A stretch of 64,000 bases of DNA from Octopus vulgaris. Taxonomy: Eukaryota. Shown piece by piece: positions 53,697-64,000 of this stretch; the first letter of the stretch is position 1, and each line of letters begins with the position of its first letter. Location: NCBI GenBank assembly GCA_951406725.2, contig OX597815.1:98580001-98644000 (forward strand), read 5' to 3'. The notes under the pieces were generated by a model. That model was given only the letters and a program-made list of their open reading frames with translations, did no database searches and had not been told where the DNA came from. The position numbers were made by a program, and so were the translations under genes.

Positions 53697-54196
53697 TGTA
53701 CATATATATACGTAGGTATGTTTGTATGTATGTATGTACGTATGAATGTATATATATATATATGTGTATATATATATATATATATACAATCATACATACA
53801 TGTATATATATACATATGTACAAACATATGGAGATAAGCACACACATCTATAAATATATACATATATTCATGCATACACTTGCATATATGTGTGTGGGGG
53901 GGGCGTTGTTTTGTGTGTATTCAGGTTGTGTATCTTTAAGAGCAAGAGAAAATATTCTGTTCACGATGTATTTCATATTTCTCTTATAATGCTGTAGACA
54001 TTTCGTAAATCTGGTTGGCAGCCAAGGGAGCCGCAAACAAGCAGTGTTGGAATTGCTGATGGAAAAACACATTCGCTGCTCACACATACGTAAATGTATG
54101 ATTGCAAGCATGGGACTGTACGTATGAGTGTTTATATATATATACATGTGTGTGTATAATATAATACATAAATTTTCATATATACATATACACATA

Positions 54197-54245
<49 letters not shown>

Positions 54246-54385
54246 GTATATATATATATATGCATTCATACACATGTATCAGTATATAAAAATACTTATG
54301 TAGATATAGATTATGTATGAATGTTGTCATACTTGCCCATATATGCATATGTATATACGTATATATGTAAGTATGTACGTATACG

Positions 54386-54421
<36 letters not shown>

Positions 54422-54429
54422 TATATATA

Positions 54430-56030
54430 AGAAAAAGCAACAAGAATGGATCAATATTTCGGTACAATTGTTTCGTACGAAGACAGCTTTATTAAGGCTG
54501 CAAATATTGCAGTAAATATAAGTGACCCGTACTCATCAGCCGTAAAAAACATCTAGGTTCTCCAAACATCTAACGGGGTGGTGTTACACTCCTGAAACAT
54601 CAGGGATAGCTCTATAAAAATAAGATTTAGGTAACAAACAGACTTCTAAAAGTTCTTTTAGTGTTGCACAGTCATATAACGGGTTTTTAAAAAAATATTT
54701 TAAAAAACCTCTTAGTTTCCCAGAAAATGAAAATGAAAATGAGAATGTAAATCCATCCATATTGAAGTAAGTTTGATTTCTGGAGATACGAGGAGAGGTA
54801 TCGTACTCACAGAAGATGCATCTATCCATAATTAGCCCATAATAAAGTGTGTTTCCTGATGTGTAGTGATATAGTGGTTACATTTCTGAGAATTTCTCTA
54901 AACTGCTATGTTAGAATTAAATTTGTTGAAGGAGGGTTAGTGAAGCGTAGAGACAATCCATCACATAGGGTATATTAGGGTAACTGGGAGGGGAAGGGGA
55001 TGTAAATGTCCAACTACGCAGAATAGTTTATTTCAGTGGAGACGAACTGACTGATTCAGAATTTGCAAGAATCTAAGGAGGAATGCTGATCTTGACCAAA
55101 TACCGTCGTAAATTGCTATATAAAGAGGATATGGGAAGGTAAAGAAGGGTCAAAGGTTATCACTATAGGAAAAAAACATTAACAGATTTCAGTGCAAAAC
55201 CAGAAAGGAGGTCATTTAATTTATTTCTTTATTTATTAATGTTACTACTAATATATTGTCAGACTTAGGGACTACATTAAGGGGTCAAAAGAAGGGATTG
55301 AGAGTTATTTTTCATAATGAAAAATCGTTATATTATTTTTATGGGATTATCAATATTTACTAGTAGTATATAAAAGAATTACGAAGTCTAATTAACTAAT
55401 TTGCTATAAGTTGATTTACCTAAATTAGATTAAAAATGAGATAAAATTAATTTAACTTATCTATATAGTCTATTAGAATGAAAATTTATTTGCAACTAAT
55501 TTATTTCTTTATGTTTCAAACCTGGTACAGTTAGAGAGAAAATAACCAATGCCTATGAGCTCGTAGCTATCTAATTAAATATATAATATATAAGAGTTTT
55601 GCTTTATTAGTATAAGCAAGATAGACAAATCACAAAATGATTTTATATACGGTTATCATTTAAAATATGTTAGTCTTAATCCTAGCGTGAATACAAGAGG
55701 TACCAAATTCTATAAGGTTATTCAATAAATTACCATTTCTTCTATGCATTAGTATTTCAAATGTTTCCATGGAGCAAAGTTGACAACCAACTCTGCTATT
55801 TTAATAAGCTATCGCTCTTCTAACTAATTCCCAATTAAGGTTATATTTAATATTATTATTTTTGAGTTCCCAGATCTTACTTGAAAGTGTTGTGCTATCA
55901 GCTTTATGACGTAATTTATGGTTAACACCTATATGGTTAACACCATATAGATTTCTGGTGCATCTAAGTTAAGTACCGCATTCATGTGAATTGAACAGAA
56001 CTCACTTGAATCTTAATTACTTTTACTGTA
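54430..56030 (-). mobile_element. ~1.6-kb unclassified insert between (TA)n tracts, probably Penelope-like
   Basis: Hammerhead at its 3' end and a palindrome at its 5' end. Weak PIVITFDPSLP and IPYV remnants resemble PLE linker motifs. Confidence 0.4.
54457..54546 (-). ncRNA. Type-I hammerhead ribozyme with extended, branched stem II
   Basis: ttt(a)cgg CTGATGA gtacggg...ttcgtac GAAA caattg TA ccgaaa. Palindromic stem III ACAATTGT, GUA triplet. Confidence 0.75.
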
Positions 56031-56073
56031 TATATATATATATATATACAGTAAAAGTAATTAAGATTCAAGT
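56004..56073. repeat. Perfect palindrome centred on (TA)n
   Basis: ACTTGAATCTTAATTACTTTTACTGT-(AT)n-ACAGTAAAAGTAATTAAGATTCAAGT. Confidence 0.92.
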
Positions 56074-56149
56074 AATTGAGATTCATATATATATATGTGT
56101 GTGTGTGTGTTTTTGTGTGTGTGTTATTTATATCATATTATATTATATG

Positions 56150-56181
<32 letters not shown>

Positions 56182-56188
56182 GTATATA

Positions 56189-56586
56189 CTAGCAGTATCG
56201 CCCGGCGTTGCTCGAGTTGTAAGGGAAATAACTATATAAGCATTTTTAGAGAGTTATAGCAAAAAAAAATAGCAAAAAAATGCATTAAAAATTGAAAAAA
56301 AAATTAAGGTAAATTTTTTTTTAAATCGTTGACACATCGTAGATATTTTTAGAGAGTTACTTCCCTTATATAAAAGCGAAAAAAATGCATTAAAATGGAA
56401 AAATATGATGGTAAATTTTTTTTAAATCGTAGACTCATCGTAGACGCGCGCTAATACCCAGAAGGGCTCGATATGAATCACGACTATAAGATACCCGCTT
56501 TTGGTTAAACTGCACCGCAAAATGTGGGAGTAGTAACGAATCTAAATCGAAGGGGACAGACACACAACTTCACTCTTATATAAAGA
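56189..56586 (-). mobile_element. Non-autonomous Helitron
   Basis: Minus strand begins A|TCTTTATATAAG and ends with hairpin CTCGAGCAACGCCGGG then GATACTG-CTAG|T. AT target, no TSD, internal ~115-bp duplication. Confidence 0.75.
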
Positions 56587-56599
56587 TGCTTTTTTTTTC

Positions 56600-57365
56600 A
56601 GTCATAGAATTAGATTTATGAAGGTCTTCAGTAGAAAATCCTTCGAATTCTGACTCGCTGCTTGATATAATGAAATTCGTATCCATTTTTTGTCAGAATT
56701 ACAAATTTTGAAAACACAATAGGAGCAAATTTCGGAAAAAAATCTCCCATAATTCACGGAATTAAAATTACACTTCGATTTTTATACAAAACTGTATTTG
56801 AAGTGTTTACGAAGTATAATACGTGTTTTCACGAATGTACTAAAGAGATTTACTCTGATATTCTCATTTAAATATGAATAGGTAAATTCGGGCGGTTTGG
56901 TAACGAAAGGGTTTATATAAGTGTCGTCTGTTTATACGTAAACACTGTTTCATACTTTCAGTTTAGTCTTCCTCAAATCACTCTGTCGCTAATTTACTCT
57001 CTTCCAAGAACATTTTCACTCACTCTTATCTGTTAGCTTCCCATACATTTTACTCATGTATCTATCAGCGTGATAGACAGAAACAAATATTACATCTAGT
57101 TTCACTTTATTCATTGCACACTGTGTGTGTGCGTTTGCGTGTGCTGTAAACCAGACTAAGAAAAGCATTTGACATACACACCAGAATGTGAGTTTTCTGT
57201 AAATTTTGCTTAATTGGAGTTAAATTTTAAAAACTGGACCTGGCATGACCCGATGCATTCTACTCTTAAAAATGCTAGGTAAATTGTAATTGAAGAAATC
57301 CTATATTGTAGATTTCTATAACTTACAAAGGGAGGCAGATAAAATCTGCCTTTTATAATAAGAGA
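56600..57365 (-). mobile_element. Second Helitron-like 5' portion
   Basis: Minus strand begins A|TCTCTTATTATAAAAGGCAGATTTTATCTGCCT (TC start, short hairpin); no separate CTAG end seen. Confidence 0.45.
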
Positions 57366-57692
57366 TATATATATATATGAACGGACATGAATAAGAACAG
57401 TAATAAACGAGTGAAGAACAAATATACATAAACATTTATACATTTGTATAGACATATATATATATAAGAAATATTGAATTTCTAAATCTCTCGTAGAGAC
57501 ATGTTCGGTGGTGGGGCGATAGAATGGTTGTATACTGTCAATCTAACAAGAACGTGACAGTAGGGGGTACACCACTGCTGTATAGCCCTAGGAAGCATCG
57601 AACGCCTCCTGATGGCTTTGATACATTTTTTCCTGTGTCCTTATATACACTTACGAAGGGGAGACAAACACCCCCGGCCGCCGAAGCTGCAT

Positions 57693-57735
57693 CTAGGGAC
57701 ACGTGTTTCAGGATCGTTGTCCTTCATCAGCCTAG
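57693..57735 (-). ncRNA. Canonical minimal type-I hammerhead ribozyme
   Basis: ctagg CTGATGA agga-caacga-tcct GAAA cacgtg TC cctag. All core nucleotides present, perfect stems I and II, palindromic stem III ACACGTGT, GUC triplet. Confidence 0.92.
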
Positions 57736-57973
57736 AGTAGCAGACACCGGTCAGCAGGTGATATTTGTCTCGACTTCGTAATTGTATATATCTATATTCA
57801 GTGAAGTCTATTCACTGATTATCAAAATAAGAAATATTGAATATCTAAATCTCTCGTAGAGACATGTACTGTGGTGGGGCGATAGAATGGTTGTATACTG
57901 TCAATCTAACAAGAACGTGACAGTAGGGGGTACACCACCGCTGTATAGCCCTAGGAAGCATCGAACGCCTCCT

Positions 57974-58016
57974 CTAGGCCGATGAAGGACAACGATCCTG
58001 AAACACGTGTCCCTAG
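57974..58016 (+). ncRNA. Hammerhead copy with U4C core substitution
   Basis: ctagg CCGATGA agga-caacga-tcct GAAA cacgtg TC cctag. Confidence 0.8.
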
Positions 58017-58214
58017 ATGCAGCTTCGGCGGTCGGGGGTGTTTGTCTCCCCTTCGTAAGTGTATATAAGGACACAGGAAAAAATGTGTCAAAGCCATCAG
58101 GAGGCGTTCGATGCTTCCTAGGGCTATACAGCGGTGGTGTACCCCCTACTGTCACGTTCTTGTTAGATTGACAGTATACAACCATTCTATCGCCCCACCA
58201 CCGTACATGTCTCT

Positions 58215-58625
58215 ACAGAGCCACACACACACACATATATACGTATATATATATATATATATATGTATACATGATATACATTTAAATATAATCTATATAC
58301 ATATATAAAGGATATATATACATATATATATGCATATATGTGTATATATGTATGTATTCATATATATTATAATATATTATAAAATATTATAATAATCCAG
58401 GTTTCTCGGAGCACTAGGCCACTTGGTGTTGAATAGATATACTATTAAATTAGTATCTAATTCTCTCACCCTTATTAATTAATTATGTGAATACATACAT
58501 ATATATATACATATATGCATATATATATGTATATACATCCTTTATATATGTATATAGATTATATTTAAATGTATATCATGTATACATATATATATACGTA
58601 TATATGTGTGTGTGTGTGGCTCTGT
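58215..58625. repeat. ~140-bp inverted duplication of low-complexity flank (58215-58360 / 58488-58625)
   Basis: ACAGAGCCACAC...GATATACATTTAAATATAATCTATATAC..AAAGGAT is mirrored; differences are mainly in TA count. Confidence 0.88.
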
Positions 58626-59705
58626 GCGTGTTTGTGTGGTGGGGGCATGTTTGCTAGAAATGGCGTCATACAGTTGCTTGGCGGCCATTTATTGTCTAAA
58701 GAATATTTGGGATGTCAGCAAATAATGGAGCACTGTCTGTGAAGTACAATGTCGGTGGTTTTGTGTTTCAAATATACATTGAAGGAGGGTGTTGTTTTGT
58801 TATTACAATACTACGTCATATAAGGTACTGTTTCAGTATAAAATTTCTGTGTGACTAAGATAGGAGAACTGACGCACAAACTTGGACAAAAACTAATGTA
58901 GGCTTTTTTAGCTGCTTGTTAGTGGTATTCTTGGAATTAGGTTTTTATGTTTTATTTCAATGCTATAATGGTGTTAATATATAACAAAATTGAAAGTATG
59001 TTGTAGGAATATTGGTCGAATAACTTATATGCATATTGTTTTGCCTCTGAGTTGAAAATAAGTTAATTGGCATGTTGCTCAAGAATATCGCTTCAAAATG
59101 TTTAATTTTTTCATAGTTGTTCCCTTGTAAAAATTTGTTGCACCAGAATTTTGTTTCGAGTAAATGCATCTGCTGCTCCAAATAATAAATACAATGATAG
59201 GCGAATTAGAAAGGGTTTAGGAAAAACAAAATACGATGAATATGAAGTTTAATCTGAGTTACTTTAAAGCTTGAGGCTTTGAAACGACTATGAGTTGCCT
59301 CAAGACTTTGGACGTTCTTCCTCAAAAAAGAGTAAAAGAATCTTCAGGGAAGTGGAAAGGATAGAGAGAAATAGTGCATAAATTGCTAAGAAAGCTTATG
59401 TTACAAACCAATTTAAATTAATATTCAAAGGTATGAAATGATAAAAAAAAAACGCAGATAACTCGATACTAGGGATGAATGACGGCTTAAGAACAGTGAG
59501 TAATAAGAGTTGAAGAAGAAGGGTATCAAGCAATAGTAGTAGAAATCTAAATAATCTGAAGTAATGTTCTTCGATATAATGTGGTTTTTTTCTCTTTTTT
59601 TCCACCAACCATTCGGATAAGTAGTGAAGCTTCAACAAACGACTGTACTTCTCACTGATGTGAAACAAATAATTACCTTTATAAAAATATGGTTAGAATT
59701 ATATT

Positions 59706-60066
59706 CTTTTCTACTGTAGGCTCGAAATTTTGGGAGAGGGTACCAGTCGATTACATCGACCCAAGTACGCAACTGGTACTTAATTTATCGACCCGAAAGG
59801 ATGACAGGCAAAGATGACCTCGGTGAAATTAGAACTCAGAACGTAAAGACAGACGAAATCCTTATTTCTTTACTACCCACAAGGGGCTAAACACAGAGGG
59901 GACAAACAAGGACAGACAAACGGATTAAGTTGATTACATCGACCCCAGTGCGTAACTGGTACTTAATTTATCGACCCCGAAAATATTAAAGGCAAAGTCG
60001 ACCTCGACGGAATTTGAACTCAGAACGTAACGGCAGATGAAATACGGCTACGCATTTCACCCGGCG
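59706..60066 (-). mobile_element. SINE family A, dimeric
   Basis: Two AACTGGTACTTAATTTATCGACCC..AAAG..GACCTCG..GAACTCAGAACGTAA units. Confidence 0.85.
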
Positions 60067-60099
60067 CTAAAATTTGAAACCAACATATTTATTTTCTTG

Positions 60100-60512
60100 A
60101 AGGCGACGAGCTGGCATAATCATTAGCGCGCTGCTAGAAATTCTTGGCGACATGTTGTCTGTCTTTACATTTCTTGTTCAATTTCCGAGTGTGCCTTTCG
60201 TAGACGATAAATTATAGTACCATTCAAATACTGGGAAAATAAGCGGTAAGAAAAGGAACAGTGATACATCTTCTTTTGATTTTCTTTAAAAAAAAAGTAT
60301 ATGGTGGGGTAGGTTAACCGTTGGTACGTTGGAAAAAATGTTTTGCGGCATTTATTCCGGATCTTTGTGTTCTCAGTTCAAAAACCGCAGAGGTCAACTT
60401 TGCTTTACATCCCTCCAGTATCGATAAAATATAGTACCATTCAAATACTGGGGTCAATGTAATACACTATTTTCTACTTCTGCAAAAATCACTGGCACTG
60501 CTCAAAATTGAA
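60100..60512 (+). mobile_element. Two degenerate SINE family A copies
   Basis: AAGGCGACGAGCTGGCA head; CGATAAA.TATAGTACCATTCAAATACTGGG occurs twice. Confidence 0.65.
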
Positions 60513-60952
60513 ACAATTAATTTTTCAGGCTTTTTGGTAACATTAAAACAAAAATAAAATTGCATAGATATTCAACTACACGCTGCGATCTTAGAATGAG
60601 GAATGTATTTCAGCTTACATCTAAAAATCATCAGTAATCTTATTACGTGAATTTTAGAAATACCTCATTGTTTGTACACTAGGTGACTTTGGTCAAGTTG
60701 AAATTTGACTAATTCAGAAAATAAGACGCAAACATAATTGCAATAAATTATTTTACCGAGTGTATTTCCCGATGAAATCTACCATATATAGAACTAATAA
60801 ATAAAATTAAAATCGCACAATTTTTATATATTTACGTTGCATACATACACACATACAACACGCACACACACACACAAACACACACATGCATAAACACACA
60901 CTCACTCATACATACACACTCACTCATACATACACACTCACACAATCACACA

Positions 60953-61008
<56 letters not shown>

Positions 61009-61209
61009 ATATATATGTATGTATATATATAGATAGATAGATAGATATGAGAGACAGACAGACAGACAGGTAGACGGAGATAGAACCAGAGAATTTTCTT
61101 GCAACAAACAAGGGAAGGGGAACTCGTGACTGTATATATTTTTTCCACCGAAAGAATAGTAACCTATGTGACTCAGGGACCGAGTGTTTTGTAATCTTCA
61201 CAAAATGGA

Positions 61210-61249
<40 letters not shown>

Positions 61250-61672
61250 CGAAAATGCATGTGTCTGGACATGTATATGCAGAAATATTTATACATACAA
61301 GTGTGTGAGTCTGTGAACATATGTTTATATACTGGCATGATATATATGTATTTATGTATGTGAGTGTCTGTGTATATCATTTCCATGCATGTGTATTTTT
61401 GTGTGATTGTTCTTATGAGCATACTCTTAGTTTCATTGATTGATGATATATATCGGAAAATTTCAGTGACTAAGTGTCACGAGGTCCGGAAGACATATCA
61501 AAGTCCGATACTCAAACTACGTACTACTTTATTATTTCTGTGATGCTTAGAAGGGAATCATGTATGGTCGTTGTTACCTACGTCATGGTTAGTCTTCTGT
61601 TTATCATAAGTGAGAGCTTACACATTGTGATGTACAACAAATAGTCATGATCTATAACATATACGTCTCATG

Positions 61673-61703
<31 letters not shown>

Positions 61704-61737
61704 GGATGTGTGAGTATGCATGTATATTATATATATA

Positions 61738-61780
<43 letters not shown>

Positions 61781-63560
61781 ATCATGTATATATATATATA
61801 TATATACAAATATTTATATATATGTATGTATATATATATATACTTATAGTTATGTAAATATAAGTGTGTGGCTGTGTGGAGTCGCCAGTGTGTATATATG
61901 AGTATATAATGCGGAATGTGCATAGTAGTGCGTGCACATGTTTACACATTTTGTGACAAAGTATGGATGAATGTATGTATATACATACATAAATAGATTT
62001 ATATATACACATTTATATATTTACATACATATATATATATAAATATGTATATATATATATGTATGTATGTAAGTATGTATGTATGTATGTATGTATGCAT
62101 GTGTGTGCATGCATGTATATATAAATATATATATATATGTATATTATATATATATATACAAATATTTATATATATGTATGTATATATATATGAATCTAGG
62201 ATTATATATATGTTCTCAGTCATACACACACATTCACACTCCGCAATCATGTGTATATATGAGTATGTGCACTTCTATGTATTTGTATATTTGTCTTCCT
62301 GTGCATGCCTGTACGTATGTGTACGATGCGTGTAAATGGACATCTCACAAAGGAATATACAATAACAATCATCACTACTAAGGAATTGGTGGTGATGATG
62401 ATGGAATTTATATTCATGTATGATTCTTGTGCTTTCCAGGAGACAAGCAAATTAGAAGACTTTTAAAACGAATACGTTATAACAACGTCAAGATGTTGAC
62501 GGTGTGTAAACAATATCAAACAGTTCACCTGTTAGCGTTTTGCGGGCTTTTACCTTTAATCTCGCCACCCCCATCCAAAGAATATCCATGCCTTTTGGAC
62601 AAGGAATATGTCACGATCTTATCCTTAGTGAATTTCCGTGTCTTTAGTAAATTGATATTTAGCAACTGTTAGATCTTTCAGCCAAGATATAAGACATTAA
62701 GTTATATGAAAGAAGAAAAATGGCTGCGAATGCCAACAAATATGAAATTCGAATTTTATTCTATGTGATCTAAAGTTTGGATTTCATCAGCAAACTTATT
62801 CATTATTTTTTTTTATTTTGTTTTGATCTGATTTTTAAGTACCATCTGCACCCTATTACATACATGTTTCAAATATGTGTTTCATACTTCAGTTACTACT
62901 GATCATGAGTAATAGGCATTCAATGATTCTGTCAGCCAAACATTGTATAGTTTTTATGTCACACAATGTTATTAGCGTTGTACATAACATATATAGACGT
63001 GATATTTGTGCTTTTGTCTTTTAATTCTCATGAACATCCCCACAACTCACATGTTATTTAGTTGTATTCTTATAAGACATAATTGACAGATTTTAAAGCC
63101 ATAATTTTCAGTTATCTTTTATGATTTAGTTAGAAGAGAAAGAGTATTTGACCATGATTTATGAAAGATATCTGATTGAGCAATCCGAGAAACATTAATG
63201 TTGTTATAATTCCTGCTACAAATAAAATCCAACTGTTCTGCAAGTAGCAAAACAGCTGCGAAAAGTAGAAGTCAATCCTCCTTCAAATCAAGTAATCTGT
63301 GCGAATCAATGTCTTTCAAATCGTATCAGATGTTAGAGGAACGAAATCTCACACAAATTCATAGCATATTCTTGTTTTAAAAAGGGAAAACTAACGGTCA
63401 AAATAAACTATATATTGAACAAAAGCCAGGATGCTCGGATATGGTCTGAATGTGGTTTGCGTCTTGATAGTGGGTATATTTCTATGTCCTGTCTCAAATT
63501 AGTTCTAGTAATGTAGAAAATTTATGCTACATTCAAAACGTCAACAATTCGAGGATAATG

Positions 63561-64000
63561 TATTTTTTAATCTTTATTTTATTCTTTTATTATTTTGACC
63601 GGGTATTACCAATGTTAAACCTATTATCGTTTCTACTCTAGGCACAAAGCCCGAAATTTTAGAGGAGGGGGCAATCAATTACATTGACACCAGTACTAGT
63701 ACTTAATTTATCGACCCCGAAAGGATGAAAAGCAAGGTCGACCTCGGCAGAATTTGAACTCAGAACATAAAGACAGACGAAATACAGCAAAGAATTTCGC
63801 CCGGCGAAATTTCTTTACTGCCCACAAGGGGCTACACACAGAGGGAACAAACGAGGGTAGACAAACGGATTAAGTCGATTATATTTTTTAATCTTTATTT
63901 TATTCTTTTATTATTTTGACCGGGTATTACCAATGTTAAACCTATTATCGTTTCTACTCTAGGCACAAAGCCCGAAATTTTAGAGGAGGGGGCAATCAAT
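63561..64000 (+). repeat. Exact tandem duplication (period 321 bp) containing a minus-strand SINE family A
   Basis: 63561-63679 is repeated identically at 63882-64000 (window end). Confidence 0.88.

Larger units (their letters stand above)
57465..58216. mobile_element. Retrozyme / Penelope pseudo-LTR array: 363-bp unit, partial tandem copy and inverted copy
   Basis: 57465-57610 is repeated at 57828-57973 (period 363). 57972-58216 is the reverse complement of about 57493-57737. Copies differ by only a few substitutions. Confidence 0.88.

Noticed and set aside
54550-55990. Possible mitochondrial insertion (AT-rich, strand-skewed)
   Set aside because: No recognisable mitochondrial protein, rRNA or tRNA motif; the hammerhead and terminal palindrome favour a retroelement.
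57524-58185. Duplicated 85-94 aa ORFs (MVVYCQSNK...)
   Set aside because: They arise from the repeat unit, overlap the ribozyme antisense and show no known motif; no evidence of coding.

Overview
AT-rich, microsatellite-saturated eukaryotic DNA; the repeat repertoire looks like an Octopus (cephalopod) genome, which is my recognition rather than a database result. I found no credible host protein-coding exon. Nearly all ORFs in the track are translations of simple repeats. The window is a mosaic of retroelements: two tRNA-derived SINE families in many copies, R4/Dong-clade LINE fragments inside (TAA)n tracts, Tx1-like and CR1-like LINE fragments, mariner-type MITEs and non-autonomous Helitron-like elements. 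Three things stand out. (1) There are seven type-I hammerhead-ribozyme motifs at five loci, in Penelope/retrozyme-like tandem-plus-inverted structures, including a textbook one in a 363-bp unit at 57.5-58.2 kb. (2) There is an apparent tRNA-headed SINE with a hammerhead-bearing tail, whose internal (TAA)n was hit by Dong elements. (3) Two diverged ORF1-only (no RT) L1/Tx1-type elements are stacked in tandem at the same 15-bp site in a SINE head. Coordinates were read by eye and may be off by a few bases.
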